In this document: positions 6,887 to 21,229 of the stretch, in pieces
Layout: every line of letters starts with the position of its first letter
Numbering within the stretch: position 1 is the stretch's first letter
From: Candidatus Micrarchaeota archaeon
GTDB lineage: Archaea; B1Sed10-29; WALL01; WAMD01
DNA: 21,235 bases
Assembly (NCBI GenBank): GCA_964652335.1
Contig: CAZZDL010000014.1
Coordinates: forward strand, 1-21,235
Direction: 5' to 3'
Made by a program: the position numbers and the translations under genes
The notes under the pieces: model-generated
What the model was told of the DNA's origin: nothing
Database searches by the model: none
The model's input: only the letters and a program-made list of their open reading frames with translations

Positions 6887-8362
6887 ATGTATCACTGGGA
6901 TCTAGTAGAATCTTTCCTAAAAGAACATTCAATAGTTAAGCAACATATTGATTCATTCAACGACTTCTTGGATGTGAAAATGCAAAGAATAATAGACCAC
7001 ATGGAAAAAATAGAAACCCACCAAGAAGGCCTAGAAATAAGGCTGGGTAAGATAAGGCTTGAGCCCCCCAGAACAATAGAAGCAGATGGTTCTAGGAGAG
7101 AAATACTTCCGATGGAGGCTAGGCTTAGAAACAGATCGTATGTGTCTCCTGTTTATCTAGAGATGGCCCTTGTGGAAAACGGAACAGAGATAGACAAAGA
7201 CGAGGTATACATAGGTGAGATCCCAATCATGGTCAAGTCAAAGCTATGCCATTTGAGCAAGATGACTGACGAAGAATTGATAGAACTTGGGGAAGATCCA
7301 CTAGACCCTGGTGGTTATTTCATAATAAATGGATCAGAGAGGGTCCTTGTAAGTATTGAAGACCTCGCACCAAATAGGAAGATAACCTCCATTGAAAGAA
7401 GGGGAGATAAGGAAGTTGTGCAGGTAAGGATCTTCTCTGTTAGGGAGGATTTCAGGGCTAAGGTAACTGTGGAAAGAAACCCTGACGGAACGTTCTATGT
7501 CTCATTCCCAGCTTCACCAAAGAACTTGAATGTAATACCTGTGATAAAAGCATTAGGACTGGGGGATGACGCAGACATACTCGCTGCATTCCATCCAGAT
7601 CCTGAAATTACAAATGACATACTTCTAAACCTAGAAGCGGTTAACCTGGAAAACACCGAAGACGCCATAGATTACCTAGGAAAAAGGGTTGCAGCCGGAC
7701 AGCCAGAGGAGTATAGAAAAGAAAGGGCTCTCCAGGTGCTAGACAACTATTTGCTTCCTCATTTAGGAACAAGACCAGAGGACAGAATAAGAAAGGCCTA
7801 CTTCCTATGCAGAATGATAGAAAGAGCTGAGGATGTGGCGTTGAAGGGAAGGCCAGTTGATGATAAGGACCACTATGCAAATAAGAGGATAAAATTATCT
7901 GGAGCATTAATGGAGGAGCTATTCCTCTATGCACTAGGCTATCTAGTAAAAGACATAAATTACCAAGTAGACAGAGCCTTTGCTAGAGGAAAGCATTTGC
8001 AGGTGAAAACACTAATTAGACCAGATGCATTTACAGAGAGAGTTAAGTATGCAATGGCTACAGGAAACTGGGTTGGTGGAAGGACTGGTGTTTCCCAGCT
8101 TCTAGATAGGATAACCTACATGTCAGCTATTTCTCATCTAAGAAGAGTAATTTCTCCGTTGAGCAAAACACATCCACACTTTGAAGCTAGAGACCTTCAC
8201 CCAACTCATTTTGGGAAGATATGTCCAAACGAAACGCCAGAAGGGCAAAGCTGTGGTCTTGTTAAAAACCTTGCTCTTGGAGCAGTATTATCAAGAGAAC
8301 ATCCTGAAGAAAGCCTCACAGAAGAATTGGAAAGGCTTGGTGTAGTATTGAAGAAGGTGTGA
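6887..8362 (+). CDS. rpoB2: RNA polymerase subunit B'' (Rpo2N)
   Basis: QHIDSFNDF, PMEARLRN, DPGGYFIINGSERV, DDKDHYANKR, CPNETPEGQSCGLVKN. Confidence 0.98.
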   Translation: MYHWDLVESFLKEHSIVKQHIDSFNDFLDVKMQRIIDHMEKIETHQEGLEIRLGKIRLEPPRTIEADGSRREILPMEARLRNRSYVSPVYLEMALVENGTEIDKDEVYIGEIPIMVKSKLCHLSKMTDEELIELGEDPLDPGGYFIINGSERVLVSIEDLAPNRKITSIERRGDKEVVQVRIFSVREDFRAKVTVERNPDGTFYVSFPASPKNLNVIPVIKALGLGDDADILAAFHPDPEITNDILLNLEAVNLENTEDAIDYLGKRVAAGQPEEYRKERALQVLDNYLLPHLGTRPEDRIRKAYFLCRMIERAEDVALKGRPVDDKDHYANKRIKLSGALMEELFLYALGYLVKDINYQVDRAFARGKHLQVKTLIRPDAFTERVKYAMATGNWVGGRTGVSQLLDRITYMSAISHLRRVISPLSKTHPHFEARDLHPTHFGKICPNETPEGQSCGLVKNLALGAVLSREHPEESLTEELERLGVVLKKV

Positions 8363-8365
8363 TAG

Positions 8366-10177
8366 ATGAAGGGCGCTAGTGTTTATGTTAACGGTAAGTT
8401 GGCTGGCTTTCATCCAGACCCTAATAAGCTAGTGAAAGCCATAAGAACAAAGAGAAGGCAAGGTAAGATTCCACCAGATGTGAGCGTAGCTTATTATCCA
8501 GACACTGAAGAAGTCTACATAAACCTAGATGCTGGTAGGGCAATGAGAGCTCTAATAGTCGTTGAAAATGGGAAACCAAAACTAACCGAAGAGCATATTC
8601 AGCAGTTGAAGGAAGGATTACTAACATGGAATGATCTGCTGAGAAAAGGGATAATTGAGTACTTAGACGCCGAGGAAGAAGAGAACGCATACATTGCTAT
8701 ATCTGCAGACCAATTGACTGAAGAACATACTCATCTAGAGATCCATCCAGCTTTGATTCTTGGTGCGGTAGCTTCACTAGCACCTTTCCCAAACCATAAC
8801 TCATCTCCAAGAGTAACAATGGCATCCGCGATGCTTAAGCAAGCCTTGGGAGTTTATCAGGCTAACTTCAATTATAGAATGGATACTCAGATGCACATAA
8901 TGTACTACCCCCAGATACCTATAGCACAAACAAAGCAGACCAAATTCATTGGGTTAAACGATAGGCCTGCAGGGCAAAACATGATAGTTGCAATAATGCC
9001 TTACCAAGGATACAACATGGAGGACGCTATTATACTTAACAAGGCTGCAATAGAAAGAGGGCTTGGCAGAACGATATTCATGAGGACATATTCTGATGAG
9101 GAAAGAAAATACCCTGGAGGACAGAAGGACAGATTTGAAATACCAAGACCTGAGATATTTGGATATAGAGGTGAAGATGCTTACAGGCATTTAGGTGAGG
9201 ACGGAATCGTTTACCCTGAAAGAGAGGTAAAGGGCGGAGACGTGTTAATAGGAAAAACATCTCCACCAAGGTTCATTGAAGAGGTTGGTGAGCTGAGCTT
9301 ACTAGAAGAAAAAAGAAGAGAGAATTCTATAACTGTTAGAAAGGGAGAGAATGGTATAGTTGACGCTGTAATGATAAGTGAGGCATCTGGAGGAAACAAG
9401 CTTGTAAAGGTCAGAGTTAGATCTGTGAAGATACCTGAAATCGGAGACAAATTTGCATCAAGGCACGGTCAGAAGGGTGTGGTGGGAATAATCGTTCCTC
9501 AGCACGACATGCCATTTACTGCAGACGGGATAACACCAGATTTGATAATGAACCCACACGCCGTTCCTTCAAGAATGACTGTAGGACATATTCTTGAATT
9601 GCTCGGTGCTAAAGCAGGGGCATTAAGTTATCACCTAGTAAATGCCACTGCGTTTGAAAAACCGAATATTGAATGGATGAGAAAGGTATTGAAATCTTAT
9701 GGATTCAGACCTGATGGAAAAGAAGTTCTATACAACGGGATAACTGGAGAGAGGATAGAGGCAGAGATATTCATTGGACCTATATACTACCAAAAACTAA
9801 AGCATCTAGTCTCATTAAAGATGCACGCAAGGGCTAGAGGTCCAGTCCAAATACTAACAAGACAGCCGACAGAGGGAAGAGCAAGAGAGGGTGGTCTGAG
9901 ATTCGGTGAAATGGAAAGAGACACACTAATTGGCCATGGCGCTGCATTGCTGTTGCAAGAGAGGTTATTGAAGGAATCAGACGAAATAAAGATACCTGTA
10001 TGTACGAAGTGTGGTGTCGTTGCGATAGATGATAAAGTCAGAAAGAGAACCTACTGTCCACTATGTAACGGAACCGACGTCACGATGATAAGCACTAGTT
10101 ACGCATTCAAGCTATTACTTAGTGAAATGATGGCTATGGGTATATATCCAAAACTATTGTTGAAGGATAAGGCCTGA
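8366..10177 (+). CDS. rpoB1: RNA polymerase subunit B' (Rpo2C)
   Basis: GYNMEDA, GDKFASRHGQKG, RQPTEGRAREGGLRFGEMERD; Zn ribbon CTKC..CPLC. Confidence 0.98.
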   Translation: MKGASVYVNGKLAGFHPDPNKLVKAIRTKRRQGKIPPDVSVAYYPDTEEVYINLDAGRAMRALIVVENGKPKLTEEHIQQLKEGLLTWNDLLRKGIIEYLDAEEEENAYIAISADQLTEEHTHLEIHPALILGAVASLAPFPNHNSSPRVTMASAMLKQALGVYQANFNYRMDTQMHIMYYPQIPIAQTKQTKFIGLNDRPAGQNMIVAIMPYQGYNMEDAIILNKAAIERGLGRTIFMRTYSDEERKYPGGQKDRFEIPRPEIFGYRGEDAYRHLGEDGIVYPEREVKGGDVLIGKTSPPRFIEEVGELSLLEEKRRENSITVRKGENGIVDAVMISEASGGNKLVKVRVRSVKIPEIGDKFASRHGQKGVVGIIVPQHDMPFTADGITPDLIMNPHAVPSRMTVGHILELLGAKAGALSYHLVNATAFEKPNIEWMRKVLKSYGFRPDGKEVLYNGITGERIEAEIFIGPIYYQKLKHLVSLKMHARARGPVQILTRQPTEGRAREGGLRFGEMERDTLIGHGAALLLQERLLKESDEIKIPVCTKCGVVAIDDKVRKRTYCPLCNGTDVTMISTSYAFKLLLSEMMAMGIYPKLLLKDKA

Positions 10178-10186
10178 GGTGTTTGT

Positions 10187-14018
<3,832 letters not shown>

Positions 14019-14021
14019 CAG

Positions 14022-14306
14022 ATGAAAGACGTTATTAACAGATTAATGGAAAATGGCAAGTATACAATTGGATTTGAGACAACGTTAAAGGCATTGAAGA
14101 GGGGCAAGGTAAAAATGGTGCTTGTCAGTGTAAACTGTCCGAAAGAAAAAATGAAAGCAATAGAGGAAGTTGCTAAAAATGTAAAGATAGTCACATACCC
14201 AGGCACAAGTCTAGAGCTGGGGGAAGCGTGTGGAAAGCCATTTCCTGTTTCAGCAATAGCCTTTGAGGATCTTGGTGGAATCAGCATATCAGAGATAGAG
14301 GGATAG
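14022..14306 (+). CDS. rpl30e: 50S ribosomal protein L30e (eL30)
   Basis: GKYTIG..TLK and ELGEACGKPF motifs; canonical position after rpoA''. Confidence 0.95.
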   Translation: MKDVINRLMENGKYTIGFETTLKALKRGKVKMVLVSVNCPKEKMKAIEEVAKNVKIVTYPGTSLELGEACGKPFPVSAIAFEDLGGISISEIEG

Positions 14307-14308
14307 AA

Positions 14309-14731
14309 ATGATAAAGATTGGTCCTGAAGAATTGCAGTATATGAACCTCTTTGAGAGTATAACTAAAATAAGTCCAAAGGATTGTGTTATCCTTGGAGA
14401 GACGATAATATTTGTCGTTGATGAAGCAAAGGTGGGGGCAGCCATCGGCAAAAGAGGGGAAACAGCAGAAAAGATTAAAAAGGCCATTAAAAATAAAAAA
14501 ATCTCAATCGTTGGTTACACCCCAGACCTAACTCGCTTTGTGCAGAACATTCTCAGGCCTGTTGAGGTTCTGGGTATAGAAAAAGATGGCAATTCAGTGA
14601 CAATATTCGTCAAAAAGGATGAATACAAGAGGGCTGTGGGGAATCAAGGCAAGAGGATTGCCAGAATAAAAAGCCTCTTAGAAAGGCATTTTGATATTTC
14701 CAATGTCAAGCTTCAAGCAAAAGAGGTGTGA
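14309..14731 (+). CDS. nusA: Archaeal NusA (two KH domains)
   Basis: [14 protein letters not shown] and [11 protein letters not shown] loops; synteny. Confidence 0.95.
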   Translation: MIKIGPEELQYMNLFESITKISPKDCVILGETIIFVVDEAKVGAAIGKRGETAEKIKKAIKNKKISIVGYTPDLTRFVQNILRPVEVLGIEKDGNSVTIFVKKDEYKRAVGNQGKRIARIKSLLERHFDISNVKLQAKEV

Positions 14732-14733
14732 AC

Positions 14734-15171
14734 ATGTCGGAAGGAGCAAAAGGTGAATTCGCTGGAAGGAACATAAAGAGGAAAAGGCAGAAATTGAAAT
14801 GGGCTAGCACAGAGTACAAGAGAAAGAAGCTCAAACTAAAGGAAAAATTCGATCCATTGGGCAGCGCCCCTAGAGCAAGAGCAATAGTATTACAGAAGGT
14901 TGCTCTAGAAGCCAAACAGCCTAACTCTGGATTAAGAAAATGCGTTAGGGTGCAAATAATAAAAAACGGTATTCAGGTAACTGCCTTTGCTCCTGGAGAT
15001 AAAGCAATAAACTATATAGATGAACACGATGAGGTAACTATAGAACCACTAAGGTCAAGTAAGAGAGGCACGCTTGGAGATATTCCTGGAGTCAGATATA
15101 AGGTTGTAGAAGTCAATGGTATCCCACTTGAGCTGTTAAGAACAGGAAAGAAGGAGAAACCCAGAAGGTGA
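14734..15171 (+). CDS. rps12: 30S ribosomal protein S12 (uS12)
   Basis: [16 protein letters not shown] and GDIPGVRY motifs; SD GAGGTG before ATG 14734. Confidence 0.98.
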   Translation: MSEGAKGEFAGRNIKRKRQKLKWASTEYKRKKLKLKEKFDPLGSAPRARAIVLQKVALEAKQPNSGLRKCVRVQIIKNGIQVTAFAPGDKAINYIDEHDEVTIEPLRSSKRGTLGDIPGVRYKVVEVNGIPLELLRTGKKEKPRR

Positions 15172-15175
15172 TCTA

Positions 15176-15790
15176 ATGGAAAAGCCTGATATAAATTTGG
15201 TGTTTGGTAAGTATGACATCAGGGAGGTAAAGATAGAAGATCCTAGCCTAGCCAATTACATAAATCTAACTCCAAGATATTCATATCATACACACGGAAA
15301 GCATAGTAGCAGACAGTTTGGGAAACAGAAGGTCTCAATTATAGAGAGATTGATGAATGCTATAATGAGGTCTGGTTCTAAAGGTAAAGTTGGTGGCCAT
15401 TTCGTAAGAGGAAGATTCGGTTGTGGGAAAAAAACAATTGCTGAGAGCGTAGTGAAGGAAGCGTTTGAGATTATAGAAAAGAAGACAAAGAAAAACCCAG
15501 TGCAAATATTAATAACCGCAATAGAAAATGCGGCCCCAAGGGAAGAGACTACCAGAGTCAAGTTTGGTGGTTTGACAAGACACATAGCTGTTGATGTCGC
15601 TCCACAAAGGAGAGTAGATCTAGCTCTAAGAAACATTGGGCTGGCTGTCATCTCAAGATCATTTAGGACAAAGAAATCTGCCGCTGAAGCTTTAGCTGAC
15701 GAGCTGATAGCTGCTGCGAATAATGATCCTTCAAGCATGGCAATAACAAAGAGGATAGAAATAGAGAGAGTTGCAAAGGGAGCTAGGTGA
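15176..15790 (+). CDS. rps7: 30S ribosomal protein S7 (uS7)
   Basis: [24 protein letters not shown] and ERVAKGAR motifs. Confidence 0.98.
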   Translation: MEKPDINLVFGKYDIREVKIEDPSLANYINLTPRYSYHTHGKHSSRQFGKQKVSIIERLMNAIMRSGSKGKVGGHFVRGRFGCGKKTIAESVVKEAFEIIEKKTKKNPVQILITAIENAAPREETTRVKFGGLTRHIAVDVAPQRRVDLALRNIGLAVISRSFRTKKSAAEALADELIAAANNDPSSMAITKRIEIERVAKGAR

Positions 15791-15795
15791 CGTTT

Positions 15796-17988
15796 ATGGG
15801 AAGAAGAGAAGAGATGATAAAAAGAGTAAAGGCACTAATGCCTAAAAGGGAAAAGATAAGAAACATAGGTATAGTTGCACACATAGACCACGGAAAAACA
15901 ACTTTGTCTGACAATCTAATAGCTGGAGCTGGAATGATGTCAGAAGAGCTAGCAGGAAAGCAATTGGTGCTAGATTTCCACAAGGATGAACAGGAAAGAG
16001 GAATTACAATAAACGCTGGTAACATTTCAATAGTAAATGAGTATAACGGAGATGACTATCTTATAAACCTCATAGATACACCTGGACACGTGGATTTTTC
16101 TGGCGAAGTTACAAGAGCAATGAGGGCAGTAGATGGTGTGGTTGTTGTAGTTTGTGCTGTTGAAGGAGTAATGCCGCAAACAGAGACAGTTTTGAGACAA
16201 GCTCTGAAGGAAAAGGTAAAACCAGTGTTGTTCATAAACAAGGTTGACAGACTTCTGACTGAACTTCAACTGGGACCAGAAGAGGTTCAGCAGAGATTCG
16301 CAAAGGTGATCGCAAAAGTAAACTCACTAATAAAGAAGTATGCTCCCCCTGAGTTCAAGGACAAATGGCAAGTTAATCCGATGAACGGAACTGTGGCATT
16401 CGGTTCTGCTTATCATAACTGGGCTATAAGCATGCCTTTCATGCAAAGAAGTGGTGTAAGCTTCAAGGACGTATACGAATACATACAAAAGGAAGACCAG
16501 AAAGGTCTTGCTAAGAAAGCCCCACTTCATGAAGTAGTCCTAGAAATGGTAATAAACCACTTACCAAACCCTGTTGAAGCTCAGAAATACAGAATTCCGA
16601 CAATATGGACAGGAGACCCAGAGAGCGAAGTTGGAAAAGCGATGGTGAACTGTGATCCAAACGGTCCTCTAGTATTCATGGCAACGTATGTTGTAGTAGA
16701 TCCCCACGCAGGAGTTGTAGTTACAGGAAGAGTGTTCTCGGGAACCCTAAAACCAGGACAGAAAGTATGGCTCATAAACGCTAATACTCAGAACACAATA
16801 CAGCAAGTGGGCGTTTATATGGGGCCTGAAAGGCTAAATGTAGATGAAGTCACTGCTGGGAATATAGCTGCTGTGATTGGTTTAAAAGATGCATACTCTG
16901 GTGAGACCGTAGCACTGGAAAAGATAGAGCCATTTGAACCAATAAAACATTTCTCAGAACCCGTAGTAACGAAATCAATAGAAGCAAAGAATCCAGCTGA
17001 CCTACCAAAGCTGGTAGAGACACTCAGAATAGTGGCAAAGGAAGATCCAAACATAAAAGTAGAGATAAATGAAGAGACTGGAGAGCACCTAATATCTGGA
17101 ATGGGAGAACTCCACCTGGAAATAATAGAAAACAGGATAAAGACTGAGAAAGGGCTAGAAGTTGTAACATCAAAGCCAATAGTAGTTTATAGAGAAACTG
17201 TTATGAAGCAATCTCCAACAGTTGAAGGAAAATCACCAAACAGACATAACAGATTGTATTTCGTAGTTGAGCCTTTAGATGATGCGATCTGGAACGCCAT
17301 AAATACTGGTGAGATAAGTCAAAAGGATTTGAAGGACTCAAAGGCTTTGGCAAAGAAGTTAGTCGAGTTAGGAATGTCAAACGATGAAGCAAAAAGAGTG
17401 TGGGACATATACAATGGAAATATCCTGGTGGATATGACGAAAGGAATTCAATACCTAAACGAAACAAAAGAGCTAATAATACAAGGCTTTAGAGAGGCTA
17501 TGGACAGAGGTCCGCTTTCCCATGAAAAGGTCACAAAGGTAAAGGTCAAGTTAGTAGATGCAAAACTTCACGAAGACGCTGTTCACAGAGGTCCAGCACA
17601 GATATTGCCAGCTGTAAGAAATCCAATTTATGCAGCAATGTTACAAGCGAATGCAGTACTGTTAGAGCCAAAGCAGAAATTGTTCGTTAATATTCCTCAA
17701 GAGTTAATGGGTGCAGTGACAAAGGACATTCAAGCGAGAAGAGGTCAGATAATAAACATGGAACAGGAAGAAGATGCAATTTCAATTACTGCAAAGGTGC
17801 CTATAGCGGAGATGTTTGGGTTCGCAGGAGATATACGATCAGCTACACAGGGAAAAGCACTATGGACAACAGAGTATCTTGGATATGAGAAACTCCCAGA
17901 CGAACTTCAAAAGAGAATAATATCTGAGATAAGAAAGAGAAAGGGACTACCACCAGAACCGCCAACATATAAAGACTTCGTTGAATGA
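15796..17988 (+). CDS. fusA: Elongation factor 2 (aEF-2)
   Basis: [26 protein letters not shown]; diphthamide loop [17 protein letters not shown] before ATG 15796. Confidence 0.99.
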   Translation: MGRREEMIKRVKALMPKREKIRNIGIVAHIDHGKTTLSDNLIAGAGMMSEELAGKQLVLDFHKDEQERGITINAGNISIVNEYNGDDYLINLIDTPGHVDFSGEVTRAMRAVDGVVVVVCAVEGVMPQTETVLRQALKEKVKPVLFINKVDRLLTELQLGPEEVQQRFAKVIAKVNSLIKKYAPPEFKDKWQVNPMNGTVAFGSAYHNWAISMPFMQRSGVSFKDVYEYIQKEDQKGLAKKAPLHEVVLEMVINHLPNPVEAQKYRIPTIWTGDPESEVGKAMVNCDPNGPLVFMATYVVVDPHAGVVVTGRVFSGTLKPGQKVWLINANTQNTIQQVGVYMGPERLNVDEVTAGNIAAVIGLKDAYSGETVALEKIEPFEPIKHFSEPVVTKSIEAKNPADLPKLVETLRIVAKEDPNIKVEINEETGEHLISGMGELHLEIIENRIKTEKGLEVVTSKPIVVYRETVMKQSPTVEGKSPNRHNRLYFVVEPLDDAIWNAINTGEISQKDLKDSKALAKKLVELGMSNDEAKRVWDIYNGNILVDMTKGIQYLNETKELIIQGFREAMDRGPLSHEKVTKVKVKLVDAKLHEDAVHRGPAQILPAVRNPIYAAMLQANAVLLEPKQKLFVNIPQELMGAVTKDIQARRGQIINMEQEEDAISITAKVPIAEMFGFAGDIRSATQGKALWTTEYLGYEKLPDELQKRIISEIRKRKGLPPEPPTYKDFVE

Positions 17989-17990
17989 AG

Positions 17991-18006
17991 AAAAGCTTAA
18001 TAAATA
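17991..18006 (+). promoter_or_regulatory. Possible internal BRE/TATA promoter for tuf
   Basis: AAAAGC followed by TTAATAAATA in the fusA-tuf intergenic region. Confidence 0.45.
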
Positions 18007-18060
18007 GATTATTCAAAATATAGCTCGCATACTCAAATAATGCTAAAGGAGGTTATGGAA

Positions 18061-19332
18061 ATGGCAAGAGATAAACCACACCTTAACTTGGTGTTTATAG
18101 GACACGTAGACCACGGAAAATCAACTACCGTGGGAAGGATATTGTTTGATACAGGTAGTATAGATGAGGCGACACTAAGGAGATACAGAGAGGAAGCAGA
18201 AAAGCTAGGAAAGGCAACGTTCGAGTTCGCCTTCGTGATGGACAGAATGAAGGAAGAAAGAGAAAGAGGTTTGACCATAGACGTCGCTCACAGGGACTTC
18301 CAGACACAGAAGTATTACTTTACAATTATAGACGCGCCAGGTCACAGAGACTTCGTTAAGAATATGATTACAGGAGCTTCTCAGGCAGATGCTGCTGTGT
18401 TAGTTGTGGCCGCTCCTGAAGGAGTCATGGCTCAGACAAAGGAGCACGCTTTCTTGGCAAGGACTCTTGGTATTAAGCAGTTAATAGTTGCAATAAACAA
18501 GATGGATGCAGTCAATTATGACGAGAAGAAGTTTAACGAAGTAAAGGAACAAGTTGCAAACCTCCTAAAATCAATAGGTTACAACCCTGACCAGATTTTA
18601 TTCGTCCCAATATCTGCATATGCAGGAGATAACGTAGTTAAGAAGAGTGACAAGATGCCTTGGTACAAGGGTCCAACACTAGTAGAAGCATTGGACACAC
18701 TGAAAGAACCTGAAAAGCCAACAGACAAACCATTGAGGATACCTGTACAAGACGTCTATTCAATTACAGGTATAGGTACTGTGCCTGTCGGAAGAGTAGA
18801 AACTGGAATACTAAAAGTGGGAGACAAAGTAATATTCAACCCACCAGGAGCAACAGGAGAAGTCAAGTCAATAGAAATGCACCATCAACCAATGCAACAG
18901 GCAGAACCAGGAGACAACATTGGTTTCAACGTAAGGGGTGTTGGAAAGAATGATATAAAGAGAGGAGACGTCTGTGGTCCTGTGGACAATCCACCAACAG
19001 TGGTAAAGGAATTCACAGCTCAGATAGTAGTCCTTCAGCACCCAAGTGCAATAGCGCCTGGGTACACACCTGTATTCCACGCACACACCGCACAGGTGGC
19101 ATGTACAATTACAGAACTATTGCAGAAGATTGACCCAAGAACAGGACAAGTAGTAGAGGAGAATCCAAAGTTCATAAAGACAGGTGACATTGCAATAGTA
19201 AAGATAGTTCCAACCAAGCCAATGGTTATAGAGAAAGCAAGTGAGTTCCCACCACTAGGTAGGTTTGCAGTTAGAGACATGGGAATGACGGTGGCTGCCG
19301 GTGTGGTAAAGGATGTCGTTCCAAGACAATGA
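18061..19332 (+). CDS. tuf: Elongation factor 1-alpha (aEF-1A)
   Basis: [21 protein letters not shown] and GRFAVRDMG motifs; SD GGAGGT before ATG 18061. Confidence 0.99.
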   Translation: MARDKPHLNLVFIGHVDHGKSTTVGRILFDTGSIDEATLRRYREEAEKLGKATFEFAFVMDRMKEERERGLTIDVAHRDFQTQKYYFTIIDAPGHRDFVKNMITGASQADAAVLVVAAPEGVMAQTKEHAFLARTLGIKQLIVAINKMDAVNYDEKKFNEVKEQVANLLKSIGYNPDQILFVPISAYAGDNVVKKSDKMPWYKGPTLVEALDTLKEPEKPTDKPLRIPVQDVYSITGIGTVPVGRVETGILKVGDKVIFNPPGATGEVKSIEMHHQPMQQAEPGDNIGFNVRGVGKNDIKRGDVCGPVDNPPTVVKEFTAQIVVLQHPSAIAPGYTPVFHAHTAQVACTITELLQKIDPRTGQVVEENPKFIKTGDIAIVKIVPTKPMVIEKASEFPPLGRFAVRDMGMTVAAGVVKDVVPRQ

Positions 19333-19334
19333 AA

Positions 19335-19353
19335 CCCCCTAACCCTTTTTCCC
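19335..19353 (+). terminator. Pyrimidine-rich/oligo-T tract after tuf; possible partial terminator
   Basis: CCCCCTAACCCTTTTTCCC directly after the stop codon. Confidence 0.35.
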
Positions 19354-19377
19354 ATTATATTCTCTAGGTGAACACAC

Positions 19378-19689
19378 ATGCAGATAGCAACAATAAAGAT
19401 ATCAGGACCTGATCACAAAAAGCTAGATGAGCTAGGAAACCAGATAAAGGAGATCGCGCTAAAGTCTGGTCTAAAGGTAAGCGGACCAATCCCCCTACCA
19501 ACAAAAAAGCTTAGGATTACTACAAGGAGGACACCTTGTGGTGATGGATCAGACACATTTGAAAAATGGGAGATGAGGTTGCATAAAAGACTCATAAACA
19601 TAGAGACTGACGAAAGAACAATTAGGCAAATAATGAGAATACAGGTGCCTGAAAACGTCCATATAGAGATAGAACTCAAAGAGAAATAG
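19378..19689 (+). CDS. rps10: 30S ribosomal protein S10 (uS10)
   Basis: SGPIPLPTK and RRTPCGDGSDTFEKWEMRLHKRLI motifs. Confidence 0.98.
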   Translation: MQIATIKISGPDHKKLDELGNQIKEIALKSGLKVSGPIPLPTKKLRITTRRTPCGDGSDTFEKWEMRLHKRLINIETDERTIRQIMRIQVPENVHIEIELKEK

Positions 19690-19748
19690 GCTCTACTTCT
19701 TTAATAGGAACCCAAATATGGCATAAATCGCCCTTTTTATGAATAAGC

Positions 19749-19770
19749 TTTAAATACTCTTAATTCGTTT
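19749..19770 (+). promoter_or_regulatory. TATA-containing promoter of Yip1 paralog A (copy 1 of a 22-bp element)
   Basis: TTTAAATACTCTTAATTCGTTT; 20/22 identical to 20449-20470. Confidence 0.7.
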
Positions 19771-19788
19771 ACGCTTTTGGTGAGACAT

Positions 19789-20409
19789 ATGGATATAAAT
19801 GATTGGATAACAGCATTTGTAAGCCCATACACAATAATGAAAAAGAAAAAGGGAAAGACTAGCTGGGACCAAGCGCTAGCTAGAGTTCTATTAGCTGGTG
19901 CCTTGGCAGGATTGATACTAGGATTCTTCAGGATGCTAGTGTCAACCAACGTAGTAAGCTTAGCGTTCTCAATAGCCCAGTGGTTTACAGGCATAATAAT
20001 GATGCCAATAACTCTAGTGATAGTATGGCTACTAATGTCGTTGTGGCTATACCTCTCAGCGAAACTAATGGGCAGCAAAGCCAGCTTCACTGACCATGCA
20101 ACAGATTTGACCTGGTACATAGCACCTCTAGCGTTGATAGAGTCCATACTAGTGTGGATACCACTGATTGGTGGTTGGCTAGGATTGCTAATCTTCCTAT
20201 GGAGCTTGTATCCATTGACAGCAATACTACAAACCACACATAAGTTGTCAGTAGGAGGAGCAGTGATAACATGGTTAATTTGGATCGTCCTAGAAGTAGT
20301 CATTCTATTGCTAGTAGGAACAACAGCAGTTACTCTCGGATCTATAGGGATACTCGGAGTACTAAGTAAGTATGTTCTAGGGAACATAAATCTAGCTTCC
20401 CTACTCTAA
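19789..20409 (+). CDS. Yip1-domain membrane protein, paralog A
   Basis: About 5 hydrophobic helices; AF..P N-terminal motif, SAKLMGSKASF and WIPLIG; SD GGTGA before ATG 19789. Confidence 0.8.
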   Translation: MDINDWITAFVSPYTIMKKKKGKTSWDQALARVLLAGALAGLILGFFRMLVSTNVVSLAFSIAQWFTGIIMMPITLVIVWLLMSLWLYLSAKLMGSKASFTDHATDLTWYIAPLALIESILVWIPLIGGWLGLLIFLWSLYPLTAILQTTHKLSVGGAVITWLIWIVLEVVILLLVGTTAVTLGSIGILGVLSKYVLGNINLASLL

Positions 20410-20435
20410 CCCCTATTCCTTTACCTTTTACTTTT
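20410..20435 (+). terminator. Pyrimidine-rich/oligo-T putative terminator
   Basis: CCCCTATTCCTTTACCTTTTACTTTT after the stop codon. Confidence 0.45.
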
Positions 20436-20448
20436 GACTTAGTGCTGA

Positions 20449-20470
20449 TTTATATACTATTAATTCGTTT
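20449..20470 (+). promoter_or_regulatory. TATA-containing promoter of Yip1 paralog B (copy 2 of the 22-bp element)
   Basis: TTTATATACTATTAATTCGTTT followed by SD GGAGGTGA. Confidence 0.7.
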
Positions 20471-20488
20471 CATGATGGAGGTGATTGA

Positions 20489-21088
20489 ATGCTAGAAGAA
20501 ATAAAAACATGGTTCAACGCACTAATACATCCAACGGAGTTAATAACCAAAGAGTCGGGAAAGAGCACCTGGGAAGATGCCTTTAAGCGAGTGATACTAG
20601 CAGGTTTTCTAGCTGGGTTAGTCAGTGGTTTCTTCATAATGCTATTCCAGCTAGCAGCAGGTAAAGTAGTGACAGCAATCATCGGATGGATAATTGCAAT
20701 GATAGTTGGCCCAATAACTGCAGTGATAGGCTGGATAATAGGAGCAATACTCCTGTTCATAACAGCGAAGCTACTAGGAGGAAAAGCAGACTTTGCCAGG
20801 CATACCACTGACCTAACATGGTACTACGCTCCAATAACCTTTGTTACAGGAATCATATCATGGATACCATTGATAGGTCAAGCGCTAGGAGCATTAATCT
20901 GGCTGTACGGATTGTATCCACTAACAATGATAATCAAGGTTTCTCATGGACTGTCCACTGAAAAAGCAGTAGTAGTATGGCTGATCTGGGTAATTATTGG
21001 AATAATTATTGCAATCATTGCAGCCGTCGCACTATTTGCGTTCATAGCTAGTATAAAAGGAATGATCCCAACGATACCAGGGTACTAA
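20489..21088 (+). CDS. Yip1-domain membrane protein, paralog B
   Basis: ALIHP, TAKLLGGKADF, WIPLIG and HGLSTEKA; colinear with paralog A; strong SD GGAGGTGA. Confidence 0.85.
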   Translation: MLEEIKTWFNALIHPTELITKESGKSTWEDAFKRVILAGFLAGLVSGFFIMLFQLAAGKVVTAIIGWIIAMIVGPITAVIGWIIGAILLFITAKLLGGKADFARHTTDLTWYYAPITFVTGIISWIPLIGQALGALIWLYGLYPLTMIIKVSHGLSTEKAVVVWLIWVIIGIIIAIIAAVALFAFIASIKGMIPTIPGY

Positions 21089-21147
21089 TTGCTTTGCCAA
21101 AAACCCCAGCTACTTTTTTATTATTCTTTTATCCCAAATTACTCGCT

Positions 21148-21229
21148 GCCGGGGTGGCGGAGTGGAAACGCGCTAGCCTGGAGAGCTAGTGGCCTTCGGG
21201 CCGCGAGGGTTCGAATCCCTCCCCCGGCG
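21148..21229 (+). tRNA. tRNA-Ser(GGA), intronless, CCA not encoded
   Basis: Acceptor GCCGGGG/CCCCGGC, discriminator G, anticodon stem CTAGC/GCTAG with GGA at 21180-21182, long variable arm GGCC-TTCG-GGCC, T arm GAGGG-TTCGAAT-CCCTC. Confidence 0.98.
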
